Below, piece after piece: positions 26,001-38,974 of a stretch of DNA of 64,000 nucleotides (position 1 is the first letter of the stretch; each line of letters begins with the position of its first letter). The notes beneath the pieces are model-generated. The model saw only the letters and a program-made list of their open reading frames with translations. It was not told the DNA's origin and made no database searches. A program made the translations under genes and the position numbers. Source of the stretch: Hypanus sabinus (taxonomy: Eukaryota); NCBI RefSeq assembly GCF_030144855.1, contig NC_082718.1:90830001-90894000 (forward strand), given 5' to 3'.

Positions 26001-27321
26001 AGCATTTGGTGGCATAGGACAAGATAGGACAAAGTCAGCATGGTTTCCTTAAGGGAAAATGTTGCCTGACAAACCTGTTGGAATTCTTGTGGAGATTGCA
26101 AGTAGGATACATAAAAGGGATGCAGTGGATGTGGTATATTTGGATTTTCAGAAGGCCTTTGACAAGGTGCTCCACATGAGGTTGCTTACCAAGTTAAGAT
26201 CCCATGGAATTACAAGCAAGTTACTGGCATGGTTAAAGCATTGGCTGATTAGTAGGAAGCAGCAAGTGGAAATAAAAGGATCCTTTTCTGGTTGGCTGTC
26301 AGTGACTAGTGGTGTTCCGCAGGTGTTGGTGTTGGGACCGCTTCTTTTTATGCTGTATATCAATGATTTAGATGATGGTATAGACGGCTTTGTTGCCAAG
26401 TTTGCAGATGATATGAAGATTGGTGGAGGGGCAGGTAATGTTGAGGAATCAGGAAGACTGCAGAATGACTTAGATTAGGAGAAGGGGCATGAAAGTGGCA
26501 AATGAAATACAATGTTGGAAAATGCATGGTCATGCACTTTGGTAGAAGAAATGAATGTCCAGACTATTTTCTAAATGGGGAGAAAATCCAAAGATCTGAG
26601 ATGCAAAGGGACTTAGGAGTCCTTGTGTGGAACACCCTAAAGGTTAACTTGCAGATTGAATCAGTGGTGAGGAAGGCAAATGCAATGTTAGCATTCATTT
26701 CAAGAGGTCTAGAATATAACAGCAGGGATGCATTGCTGAGGATTTATAAGTCACTGGTGAGGCCTCACCTTGAGTATTGTAAACAGTTTTGGGTTCCTTA
26801 CCTAAGAAGTGCTGGCATTGGAGATGGTTCCAAGGAGGTTCACAAAGATGATTTCAGGAATGAAAGGGTTATTATACAAGGAATGTTTGATGACCTGGGC
26901 CTTTACTTGCTGGAATTTAGAAGGAAGTGGGGGGGCAGAAAAGAAGAGATCTCATTGAAACCTTTCGAATGTTGAAGACCAAGACAGAGTAGATGTGAAA
27001 AGGATGTTTCCCATGGTGGTGGAGTCTAGGACAACAGGGCACAGCCTCAAAATAGAGGGGCATCCATTAAAAACAGAGTCGCGGAGAAATTTCTTTAGCC
27101 AGAGGTTGGTAATTTGTTACCACAGACAGCTGTAGAGATCAGATCATATAGTATTTTAAGGAGGAGATTAATAGATTCTTGACTGACAATGGCATCAAAG
27201 GTTATGGGGGCAGGGAGGCCAGAGGGTGGGGCTGAGGAGGGGAAAAGGGATCAGCCATGACTGAATGGCAGAGCAGACTCAATGGGTCAAATGACCTAAT
27301 TCTGCTCCTGTGTCTTATGGC
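23090..27321 (+). mobile_element. Near-full-length defective CR1 LINE (ORF1 with SGNH-esterase-like domain; ORF2 endonuclease-RT)
   Basis: ORF1 VVIGDSIVRG, CLPSARVRD, VHIGTN; ORF2 YLDFQKAFDKV, SGVPQ, FADD, YKSLVRPHLEY; 3' end CCTAATTCTGCTCCTGTGTCTTATGG; many stops and frameshifts. Confidence 0.95.
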
Positions 27322-27611
27322 CAAATAGTAAATGTATCAATTTCCAGAGTTTACTAAAAGTAGCAATCTGCAGATCCAATCAAGTTGCCAGATGAGGAAC
27401 TGTCTATCCTTCAGTAATTAGAATTCCCAAGTTCAAAGAACAATATGTCCAATTGCTATTTACTTAATATCTATACAAATATTGAAATTTTTAAACAAAT
27501 AATTCTCCTTGATCTGAACAAAAGTAACAATGTTACACATACATTCATAACTCTCATGATGACAATTATTCCTTTTTAGAAAAATCAGCAAACAGTAAAT
27601 TGTCAGTATAC

Positions 27612-27686
27612 CTTTGCATGCTGACTGTGGGGAGGGAATCGATCTTTTAAGTGTTTCAGGATTTCAGAAGCAGCTGAGTAAAAGCC
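27612..27686 (-). CDS. ANAPC5: APC5 coding exon 12
   Basis: GFYSAASEILKHLKDRFPPHSQHAK; 75 nt. Confidence 0.95.
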
Positions 27687-28248
27687 CTATGTCCAAAAAA
27701 GAAAACTTTTGCATTACTCACAGTCAAATATATGCCGAACATTAAATTATCACAGCATTTCTGATGCTTAGGTCTCTTTCAGAGGCAGAAATCAGAGAGA
27801 AAACAAGGAGTTGGTCTAAATTAAAGGGAGCCTGATGATCAGTTGCTTCTATTTTAACTAAAGAAGTCATCTCTGGAGCTCTGCTTTGCCAGGAAGTCTC
27901 AATGAAGTTATATGATTGTCATTCTTTTCAGTAGTACACAAGCCAATTTGAAACGAATTACAACCCAAGAAGTGCGAATCAGCTGATTTGACAAACTTAA
28001 ACTAGTCTTAAGAAAATATTGTTTAAGTAAATGGTCTTAACTAAATAATGCACATTGAAATTACATAATACTTGTTAAATATGAACAAAGTGTGACTGGT
28101 GTAGCCTTTCTAGATCATCTATTTTTAGCTCCAGATTTCAGCATCTGCAATCGTGTCTGCCTCCAAGTCAAAATGTTTGATTTGTACATTTAGCAAGTAA
28201 TGTCTGCATGAAAAAAACCAACAAAAACCCTCATCAGAGCCAACTCAC

Positions 28249-28384
28249 CTGTTCTGCATGAAGTTCTGCCAAGTGGCAAAGTACCACAGCCATTGCCTCA
28301 GTATTATTTTGGTGGATATCCATATTTACCGATTCCAAACTATGCATATACAGAAGTAGTTGTGTTTGCTGTAGTGCCATTGTG
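28249..28384 (-). CDS. ANAPC5: APC5 coding exon 11
   Basis: TMALQQTQLLLYMHSLESVNMDIHQNNTEAMAVVLCHLAELHAEQ; gtgagt donor; 136 nt. Confidence 0.95.
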
Positions 28385-28825
28385 CTGCAATGATAAAAAT
28401 TAAACTAATCGTTACTGCAAGAATGTTTTTTTAAAAATATAGATATCATGGCAAAATATTTCTGGCAACTCCAATCAGTGCCACATGGGACAAATCAACC
28501 CTGCTCTGGACTCTGGATTAATGATACACTCAAAAGGGGGAGGCACAAATATACATATTGAAATAGGGAACCACCACTTTCGTGATAGTCCTTCTTTTGA
28601 CCAACACATCTGTTTTCTAATGCTAACAAGAGGGTATTTATGAGAATACAGAGCAATTTCAAGAAATTATTGGTTTATATTATTAATTGGAAATCAGAGA
28701 ACAGTTTTTTCCAAAACACTAAAAATCTACTGAGTAAAAAATTAATGGAATTGGATGAGACCCAGAGGCAGCTTACCATCAGCTGTTCTTGGTTAGTGAT
28801 TGATATGAGGTTAATAGTAACAGAC

Positions 28826-29175
28826 AATATAGACAATAGGTGCAGAGTCTGCACCGCTATTCTGAGATCATGGCTGATCATTCACTATCAATACCCAGTC
28901 CCTGCCTTGTCCCCATATCCCTTGATTCCCCTATCCATCAGATATCTATCTAGCTCCTTCTTGAAAGCATCCAGAGAATTGGCCTCCACCGTCTTCCGAG
29001 GCAGTGCATTCCACACCTCCACAACTCTCTGGGAGAAGAAGCTCTTCCTCAACTCTGTTTTAAATAACTGACCTCTTATTCTCAATCTATGCCCTCTGGT
29101 ACTGGACTCTCCCAACATCTGGAACATATTTCCTGCCTCAATCCTATCAAATCCTTTAATTATCTTAAACATTAT
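28826..29175 (-). mobile_element. CR1 LINE 3' fragment
   Basis: FKIIKGFDRIEAGNMF..TRGHRLRIRG..FFSQRVVEVWNALP; same subfamily as 1729-1908. Confidence 0.9.
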
Positions 29176-29236
29176 CTTAATCATTCAAATACACACATAC
29201 AGTTATTGTTGAAGGTCAAAATAAATTGTTATGTAC

Positions 29237-29418
29237 CTTTGTCCATACATTTTCCAAATTGCAGTTTTCTGTGCTATGCTTACATCAATAAGCTCCGAAA
29301 GTCCATGTTTCCAATGCAACATGTCAGAATCTTTCATCGCATCCATGAGCTTATTTGCTGATCTTCCAGAAAAGGCCCTCTGTTGTACTAGTGATTGGAT
29401 ACCCAGAGAAGCCAAGTA
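29237..29418 (-). CDS. ANAPC5: APC5 coding exon 10
   Basis: YLASLGIQSLVQQRAFSGRSANKLMDAMKDSDMLHWKHGLSELIDVSIAQKTAIWKMYGQ; 182 nt. Confidence 0.96.
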
Positions 29419-30870
29419 CTATAAGAAAAAAAACAAGCAAAATGGAGATATATTTTTGCTTGTTCTTGACCCTTGTTGGTGTGTTAGAGCTTACCATTCT
29501 TTACCAATGCTTAGTTGTTCAGTGAGGAAATAGGTCAGATTATTCTCTGCCATTTAATTTGGTTTCTCCATTACCTATAAATACCAGGTTCAACAAGCTT
29601 TTGATTTAATGGCAAGATAAAAATTAAGAGCAGAAGTTGGCTATTCCTGACTATTTAAGGTAACCTTTCATCCTCTTGCTATCTCTCACTTAAAAGATTC
29701 AAAGACTATTTTGACACCAATTGAGGAAAAGATTTGTCAAAGACTTATGATTGAGACAATTTTTTTTTGGAAAAAAAAGACTACATCTAGCTCAAATGGG
29801 CAAATCTTTTTTAAAAATAATGGCCCAAGTTTTAGATTCTCCAGACAGAAAATATCCTCACTCAACATCCATCCTGTTAAGATCTTCCAGGTTGTTAAGT
29901 TTCATTCTTGTCCCTCATCACTCTTCTGAACTTAAGAAGTCAACCACGCCATTCCAAGTTATTATTTGGTAAAGCTTGCCCAATTGCTTCAAACATTTTA
30001 ACATTCTTACCAAAACAAGGAGACCTGCAGTGTATACAGTATTCCAGAACCTTCCTATTTTCATAATTTCAGCTCAAAACAAACAGTAACGTTATTAGTT
30101 TCAAACAAGAAATTGCTGCAGGAATCCAGCAGTTCAGGCAGAGGGATGAGCAGAAGTCCTGAAGCATGGTCTCAACCAGGCCATTCCTGCGTTCATTCAC
30201 CATCCTCTGCCTCCATGGACGCTGCTTGACCTGCTGAATTCCTCCAACAATTTGTTATTTACTTCAGATTAATCATCTTCATTTTTCTGTGTGAACTTCA
30301 TTAGCTTTCCTAATTACGTATAGTATCCGCATATATGTAATTTTCTAAGTAATGCACTAGGACACCTTGCTCCCTCTGCATCTTGTCTCTCACCATCTAG
30401 GTAATCAGCCTTGTTAAATTTTTGCCATTCATTTAACCCATACCCTTTAGTAGCCACTTTTCCTCCTCTTCAGAATTTATTGTTAGCTGTCTTTGCATCA
30501 TTAGTCACCAAACATATCTTCATTTTATTCACCCAAATTATTCATATGAATTAGAAAATGTTAAAGTCACAGTATTAATCTCCCTGGCACACCACTTGTT
30601 AAATTTTACCCCAAAAAAAGACCCATCAGCTTCTACCTGTGTCAAAATGTTACTTGCAACACCATGATCTGTTATGTTCTAATATATAAACTCAACTTGC
30701 AGGTTTGCTAGCACACAAACATCTGCAAATATTTTATATGTACTTTCAGTTTCATTACATGGTTTCAGTTAAAAACTACAAATTTTTATTAAAACTGATA
30801 TTAAACAATAGTTGTCTTGACCTTCCTCATAAAATGCCATGAATGTTTTACTTTACAGATGTTCACTTAC

Positions 30871-30963
30871 AGGTAGACCAAGTTGCCCAGCCTTTTTCAC
30901 AGAGTGCTCAACGAGAACTGTGTTATCTGATCCCTTCATCTGTTCCAGTATGTAAAGCCAACT
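30871..30963 (-). CDS. ANAPC5: APC5 coding exon 9
   Basis: SWLYILEQMKGSDNTVLVEHSVKKAGQLGLP; gtaagt donor; 93 nt. Confidence 0.94.
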
Positions 30964-31119
30964 CTAAAATCAAAGTCACAATAGGCATCAAGCTTGCATT
31001 GCTCTTAAGATACCACCATTCAGTAAAATAAAACTCTTCCAGCTATTTATTCTATTAATAAATTATATAGCAACGTAGGCTATGGAAAAGAACTGTTTTT
31101 TCAACTAACCACTAACCAC

Positions 31120-32062
31120 AGAGTGGTCAGCAGCACTGGGGCTCCATAGGGGACTGTCCTGTCTCCCTTTCTCTTCACCAATTACATCTCGGACATCAAC
31201 TACTGCACAGAGTCTTGCCATCTTCAGAAGTTTTCTGATGACTCTGCCATAGTTGGATGCATCAGAAAGGGAGATGAGGCTGAGTACAGGGCTACGGTGG
31301 GAAACTTTGTCACATGGTGTGAGCAGAATCATCTGCAGCTTAATGTGAAAAAGACTAAGGAGCTGGTGGTGGACCTGAGGAGGGCTAAGGCACCGGTGAC
31401 CCCTGTTTCCATTCAAGGGGACAGTGTGGACATGGTGGAGGATTACAAATACCTGGGGATACAAATTGACAATAAACTGGACTGGTCAAGGAACACTGTC
31501 TACAAGAAGGGTCAGAGCCGTCTCTATTTCCTGAGGAGACTGAGGTCCTTTAACATCTGCCAGACGATGCTGAGGATGTTCTACGAGTCTGTGGTGGCCA
31601 GTGCTATCATATTTGCTGTTGTGTGCTGGGGCAGCAGGCTGAGGGTAGCAGACACCAACAGAATCAACAAACTCATTCGTAAGGCCAGTGATGTTGTGGG
31701 GGTGGAACTGGACTCTCTGACGGTGGTGTCTGAAAAGAGGATGCTGTCCAAGTTGCATGCCATGTACTGGTTAGGCGTAGGAGTACATTCAGCCAGAGAC
31801 TCATTCCACCGAGATGTAACAATGAGCGTCATAGGAAGTCATTCCTGCCTGTGGCCATCAAACTTTACAACTCCTCCCTCGGAGTGTCAGACACCCTGAG
31901 GCAATAGGCTGGTCCTGGACTTATTTCCACTTGGCATGATTAACTTATTATTATTTAATTATTTATGGTTTTATATTGCTATATTTCTACACTATTCTTG
32001 GTTGGCGCAGCTGTAACGAAACCCAATTTCCCTCGGGATCAATAAAGTAAGTCTGTCTGTCT
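31120..32062 (+). mobile_element. L2/Rex1-type LINE, 5'-truncated
   Basis: RT C-terminus (QKFSDDSAIVG, LNVKKTKELVVD, YKYLG); AATAAAG plus (GTCT)n tail. Confidence 0.92.
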
Positions 32063-32067
32063 CTTAC

Positions 32068-32149
32068 CAAGCAATGCTGTAGGCAAACATGGTCACTGGA
32101 TTCTTGGGCAATGCGAATAGCTTCCTGTAAAGCATATTGGGCTTGCTCA
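32068..32149 (-). CDS. ANAPC5: APC5 coding exon 8
   Basis: EQAQYALQEAIRIAQESSDHVCLQHCL; 82 nt. Confidence 0.95.
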
Positions 32150-32581
32150 CTAAAGAAACAACAGATACAAAATCAATGAAGAAAAGCATATATTATTTAT
32201 CTGATATAAATTGCCTCAAGATTTATTACACTGTAAAAGCACACTGAGTTTCCTAGTATTTGCTGGCTCTCATATCACCTGCAGTTACAACTCAGCTCAC
32301 TGTAGTTCGGAGTGTCAACTTGAAAGAGATCAATGTCTACCAACAATACCAATAATAGCTCTACTGAATTAACAAGGGTTACAGAGATTATTATCAGAAC
32401 TGAATTAAATAGAAAATTCTGGAAATATCTTAGTTAGCCATTATGTAGGGAGAAACAATGCTAATACTTCAGATCAATGACCTTTCATCAGAACTGAGGA
32501 AAGCTAGACATGTAGCAGATGAAGAATGGAGTTGATGAAGCAAAAAATGAAGACTGCGATGGGGTGGAAAGGAGTAGGATC

Positions 32582-34742
32582 TAGAAACATAGAAAACCTA
32601 CACCACAATACAGGCCCTTCGGTCCACAATGCTGTGCTGAATATTTACTTACTTTAGAAATTACCCAAGGTTACCCATAGCCCTCTATATTTTCTAAGCT
32701 CCATGTACCTATCTAAGAGTCTCTTAAAAGACCTTACTGTATCCACCTCCACCACTGACACCAGCAGCCCATTCCATGCACTCACCACTCTCTGTGTAAA
32801 AAAACTTACCCCTGACATCTCCTCTGTACTTACTTCCAAACACCTTAAATTTGTGCCCTCTTATGTTAGCCGTTTCAGCCCTGGGAAAAAGCCTCTGACT
32901 ATCCACATGATCGATGCCTCTCATCACCTTATACACCTCTATCAGGTCACCTCTCATCCTTTTTCGTTCCAAGACGAAAAGGCCAAGTTCACTCAATCTG
33001 TTCTCATAAGGCATGCTCCCCATCCAGGCAACATCTTTGTAAATCTTCTCTCCATCCTTTTTATAGTTTCCACATCCTTCCTGTAGTGAGGTGACCAGAA
33101 CTGAGCACAGTACTCCAAGTGGGGTCTGACCAGGGCCCTATATAGCTATAACATTACCTCTCGGCTCTTGAACTCGAATCTCACAGTTGATGAATGCCAA
33201 AACACCATATGCCTTCTTAACCACAGAGTCAACCTGCGCAGCAGCTTTGAGTGTCCGATGGACTCAGACCCTAAGATCCCTCTGATATTCCACACTGCCA
33301 GTAGTCTTACCATTAATACTATATTCTGTCATCAGTTTTGACCTACCAAATGAACCACCTCACACTTATCTGGGTTGAACTCTGTTATGAAGGTACCACA
33401 GCTCTGAGGGGCCGAAGGAGCAGGAGCAGCCCCCTCCTTCCGGAGAATCGCAAGATCGCTATTAATTCGGGTCTCGGAAGTGAGAGACAATGCAACGGTT
33501 CTGGCCATTGTTCTTAGAGGCACCTGTGTGTCCCTACTACATGACAACTACCATGGACATGGACACCCTTGGGCAATGTGGGGGTGGAGATTGCATCCCC
33601 CTACTTTGATGGACATCTACAACTCTGCAAGTAAAGATAAAAGCGGACTGCAGGAGGCAGTACCCTAGCGATGCACCAGAAGAACTTGCTCGTTCAACGC
33701 TCCCGGGAGAGCTGGAAGCCACTCAACGCCACGTGTGCTCCTAACTCCTTTGCCTGGGGAGCGAGTGGCTGATAATACCGAGAAGGACTTCGAACTAACA
33801 ACGGGGAAACCAACGCTCCCCTGATTTTTAACGGAGTGGCTTCATAAAGACACGGGCAAGTTTTCTTTTCGTTTTCACCGATCCCTCTAAACACGTGAAA
33901 CCCAGCGATTCCTCAAAAGGCTAAAGTCTGCAGACTTTTGAATGACTTTTTATATTTCCAATGGACAAAAATATTATCCCCTAGACAACAGCCGAGATTA
34001 CTTCTTAATGATGATTATGACTATACCCGCGCTTTAGATTGAGTATTGGTGATGTGCATTATCTGAATGTTTGCATTAACCTTACTTTTGTGCCCCTTTA
34101 TAAATAAAAAAGTTTGAAAATAGTGACATCAGACTTCAACGGACCTCTCTATCTTTGCTGGTAAGTTCTCCAGTTACGGGATACGTAACAACTCCATCTT
34201 CCACTTCTCAGCCCAGTTTTGCATCCTATCAATGTCCCGCTGTAACCTCTAACAGCCCTCCACACTATTCATAACACCCCCAACTTTGTGTCATCAGCAA
34301 ATTTACTAACCCATCCCTCCACTTCCTCATCTAGCTCATTTATAAATATCATGAAGAGAAGGGGTCCCAGAACAGATCCCTGAGGCACATCACCGGTCAC
34401 CGACCTCCATGCAGAATATGACCCATCTACAACCACTCTTTGCCTTCTGTGGGCAAGCCAGTTCTGGATCCACAATGTCCCCTTGGATTCTTTGCTTCCT
34501 TATTTTCTCAATAAGCCTTGTGTGGGGTACCTTATCAAATGCCTTGCTGAAATCCATATACACTACATCTACTGCTCTACCTTCAATGTGTTTGGTCACC
34601 TCCTCAAAAAATTCAAAGCCACGCTGACTATTCCTAATCATATTATGCCTCTCCAAATGTTCATAAATCCTGCCTCTAAGGATCTTCTCCATCAACTTAC
34701 CAACCAATAAAGTCAGACTCACTGGGTCTATAATTTCCTGGG
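32582..34742 (-). mobile_element. CR1 LINE fragment split by a solo LTR
   Basis: [43 protein letters not shown]; (ATAGAAAC)-type tail; same subfamily as 62973-63430. Confidence 0.92.
33383..34190 (+). mobile_element. Solo LTR (808 bp)
   Basis: TGTTATG...TACGTAACA; exact 4-bp TSD ACTC (33379-82, 34191-94); AATAAA at 34103. Confidence 0.88.
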
Positions 34743-35467
34743 ACTGACCGACTGACTGTTTGTGGTGACATGCCTGGAAGGATTATAAACAAAGGAACAA
34801 AACTTGAAATACCAGAGAGAATGAAAATCCAATGCTGGAAATTTGAGCTGTGTGACTGGAAGGGATAATTATCTTAATGCGCCAAATTCATTTTAAGTCC
34901 TGATGGCTAAGACACGTTAAATTGAAAGATGAAGTGCTTATGTTAAGCTTTGTTCAAACAGCATAGGCCAAAGAGAATATAAAGTTATAGCCAACTCTAA
35001 GCTGAGGTTCACCCTTGCAAATCTCACCCAGCAATGAATTCACTTTCCTCACAGGCACTCATTCACTCTATTTCACGTTGCCAGCATTGTTTCCTTCTCC
35101 TTAGAACCTCACCCCCTTTTGATCTTTTCAGATTTTATTTGCCTCCTCCTAGCAACAAATCCTCCAAATTGCTAGCTCTTTAGGGACAGAACTGCCAACA
35201 TTTGTGCCAATCAATTTCTTGTATTCTTCACACTAATGCAGACTTTTCCTTTTGTTCCCTCTGCAACATTAAACTCATTTAATCACTAATCTTCCCTGGC
35301 CCGATAAATAGTCATTCATCTGAGATTCCAATTCTAGTGGTGAGGTGTTGCATTTGGCAAGACAAATCAGAGTAGGACTTACATGGTGGAAGATAGATAG
35401 GGCACTGAGAAGTGTGGTGGAACAGGGGGATCTGGGAATACAGATCCATAATTCCTTGAGAGTGGTA

Positions 35468-36968
35468 CAGTACTGTGCAAAAATCTTAGGCAAATATTTT
35501 TAAAAAGTTCTTCAAAGCAAAGATGGTTTCCAAAATAATGAAACTAAGTTTCGAAATATCAAAAAAATTACTACAAAGAGTAGTAGACAGTAAAAATCTA
35601 AATCAAATCAATATTTGGTGTGACCACCTTTGCCTCTTAGATAGACTGTCGCGCAGTTTTTATAAGAAAATCGGCTGCTAGGTTGTCTCAAGCATCTTGG
35701 AAAATCTGACACAGTTCTGCAGACGCTGGCTGTCTCACTCGCTTGTCTCTGCAGGTAATCCCAGACAGCTTTGAGGATGTTGAAATCGAGGCTCTGTGGA
35801 GCTTATTGTATCTGTTGCAGAACTCCTGTTCTCCCTTTCTCTGAAGATAGTTCTTCATGACTTTGGCTGTTCGTTTGGAGTTATTGTCCTGCTGCAGAAT
35901 GAAGTTGGGACCAATCAGTGGCCCCCATGATGCATGATGGATGAAAATCTGCTGTACTTCTCAGCATTGCAGATTCCATTAAGTCTGACCAGACCACCAA
36001 CTACAGAAATGCAGCACCAAACCTGTAGGGAACCTCCGCCATACTTTGCTGTTGGCTGCATACTCATCCAGGTAGTGCAGTCCAGCTCTTCTACAGACAA
36101 ACTGCCTCCTGTTTGAGCCAAAAATTTCAAATTTTGTCTCTTCAGTCCAGAGCACTTGTTGCCATTGTTCAGCACTCCTGTCTTTGTGTCTTTGGCTTTG
36201 TTTCCACTTCAGGGGAATGGCTTTTTGGCAGTAACTTATCCATGAAGACCACTTCTGACAAGACTTCCCTGGAATATAGAGTGTACTTGGCTTGCAGTAG
36301 TTACTGTGAATTCAGAGCTGATAACAATGCTGGACTTCTTCTGATTTAGAAGGTACATCAGTTTGATGCATCTATTGTCTACTGCACTCGGTTTCCATGG
36401 ATGACCACTGCACTTGTGGTCCTCAACCTTGCCCATTTCTTTCTACTTTTTCAGAAGAGCTTGGACAGCACACCTTGAAACTCCTGTCTGTCATGAAGTT
36501 TTTGCTTGGGAGAGACCTTGCTGAAGCAGCATGACAACTCATGCCTTGCTGCTATGCTCACTCTTGCCATGGTGAAAAAATTGAAGATTTGAAAGTTAAA
36601 TTGTCACATCTGCCACACCCTTATCTTTTAGCTTGGTTGTCCTTCACCCAGTTTGAGTCCTTCTACTCCTGTTTCTGTTTAGTCTATTCAACTTATTATG
36701 TCATTGATCATTTGCACCTGTTTGTTATATTTGTTTAAATATGCACTGGCTGCATATCTACAAAGTAATCAAGATTTTATTTGAAAGTGGTCTATTACTT
36801 AATGTTACTTTCTTTAATGAAATACAAAACATTTACATTTTTGGAAAATAGATGTTTGAAAATCTAAGATTTGCTCCGTTCTTCTAATATACTAATGCAA
36901 AAGACAAAAAACATCTAAAACAATTCATATAACAAATCTAGGGTGCCTAAGACTTTTGCACTGTATTG
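35468..36968 (-). mobile_element. Tc1/mariner transposon, second family, degenerate
   Basis: TA-flanked TIRs CAGTACTGTGCAAAAATCTTAGGCA / TGCCTAAGACTTTTGCACTGTATTG; remnants KYGGGSLQVW and LQQDN on the minus strand. Confidence 0.9.
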
Positions 36969-37224
36969 TACATCAGCACTGTTTGCAGACTACCACTGAG
37001 TAAAATATTAAGTGAAGCTGACATGGCAATGCTTTTGTTACAAACATTTCTGTAAACTTTGTGAGTGCTATATACCGCAGTCACAGACCGCTTTATACAT
37101 TTTTAATGGCATTTTACATCTTCTTTAGAGCTATCAAACCTTCATTTTCTTTTTTAAGCACTGTTACTGAAATATTTTTATTGTGCATTACAGCTGGAAA
37201 CAAGGTGGAATGTAAAATACTCAC

Positions 37225-37415
37225 TGATGGCCGAATCTACAGTTCAGAGCAGCAAGATTTAGAGCTGCGTATCGCAAACTTCTTCCAAACCCATCCTCTC
37301 CACTGCTTTTGCTATCACTGCCAGTAAGGATTAGCCGATCAAAATAATGAAGTAAACTGTGCATTGCACTGAAGTAATCTTGTACTCTGAGACTATTTAA
37401 ATAGCTCAAATAATG
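37225..37415 (-). CDS. ANAPC5: APC5 coding exon 7
   Basis: HYLSYLNSLRVQDYFSAMHSLLHYFDRLILTGSDSKSSGEDGFGRSLRYAALNLAALNCRFGH; 191 nt. Confidence 0.96.
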
Positions 37416-37924
37416 CTGAAAAATATTAAAACATTATTGTTATTGTCTTAATGTTTTTAAATATTTTAGTAACTACATACCAATTTTTGAATTTATTAAA
37501 AAAGCATTTTACAATTTATCAAAGTGAAAGGTTGGGGACATGGCAAGCATTTAAGTGTAATAGCCACAAATGAGAAGCTAGTGTAGTTATCAAAATAGAA
37601 AGCAAAAAAAAATTATCAATTCTTGGGAACACAGGGAAAACAAAATCTATTAATAGTTTTGATTGTACAAAATCAAACCATTCTCAGATAGGAGAAATAC
37701 GATCAGTTACTAAGCACAACAATTATTAAAATGTCAGTTCATGAATTTAAAAAAACATTTACCCGCCTTAGTTTCATCAGTGCTAAGCTTTTATCATTCA
37801 AAAGATGATACTGGGTCAACATTTACTTAGCAGTATTAGTGATAGTTGGTGGATTCCTTGTGAAACTCTTCAACAAAAATTATAAATAATTTGAATTTGG
37901 TAGATTAAGAACATGAATACTTAC

Positions 37925-38026
37925 AGCTTCTGAAAAATCAGGATTAAATTTAAGTAGGTTATTCAATTCTTTCTGGAGAGCAGCTGGCGAAAGAGCCTTG
38001 TTTTCATTATTTTTTAGCAATGATGC
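37925..38026 (-). CDS. ANAPC5: APC5 coding exon 6
   Basis: ASLLKNNENKALSPAALQKELNNLLKFNPDFSEA; 102 nt. Confidence 0.95.
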
Positions 38027-38360
38027 CTAAAAATATTAAAATTAGCATTTATTATTTCTGTCAAGCAAAGCTGGTAAACTTAGCAACTGTGATAATATTA
38101 GAATTGGCTTAATTATTTTATTCTATACAAGCAGAAATTAATTTTAAAGGTTAATCACACAAAATAAACCACAAAGGCTGTATCAACCAATAACTTGTAA
38201 AGGGATTCAAAACAAATTCTCTAGATAGACCAGAAAAATCCAAAGCTTGCTTCCTGGCCTTTGGAACCTTGTGAGAAATCCTAGAACGTTATTTTTACTC
38301 ATTAATAACTAGATGCAAAAGCATCACCATTCAAAAAGGAATAAAGACCAAATACTATAC

Positions 38361-38427
38361 CTGTTGAGCAAGGAAATATTCAGCTTGTTTCTGAGATAAA
38401 GGTCCTCTGTCACTAACTTCATCATCT
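38361..38427 (-). CDS. ANAPC5: APC5 coding exon 5
   Basis: DDEVSDRGPLSQKQAEYFLAQQ; ttaacag / gtatag; 67 nt; unique-sequence flanks. Confidence 0.93.
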
Positions 38428-38974
38428 CTGTTAAGCAGCAAAATAGCACAAATAACATTATGTTAAAAAAACAAGTATCAGATAATCAGTTAAATTTTTT
38501 CTTCTGTTTTATCAGGTCTAGCTGAAGTTATGTATCCATAGCAGCAAAGTTGTAAAGTACTCCTTTGAATATAAAATTCCATTTTATTTCAGCTTTTCCA
38601 AATACAGACAAAATATTGCAGCATAATAACAACAGATGCTTAAGTTTTTCATTGCACCTGTGCATACATGGATATATGCATATTACAATAAACTGAACTT
38701 TAACTTTAATGTTATTTTATTTGCACTGATCCAATTTAAAAGAATTTAACAAAATGGGTAGTTTCTACATAACTGATCAAATATAAGATAGTATTCTTGT
38801 CTCTAGCAAAAATTATTTTTTTACTGTTCACATCTGCCACAATTTACTATTTTCCTTAGATGTATTGTAATTTTCCACTAAGTTAGTGAAAAACTCTTCC
38901 ACTAAGAGTAATGAAGTTGAGGGATAAGGTTAGTCAAAAAAAATGAAATCTATTTTCTCATACTAATCAGAAGT

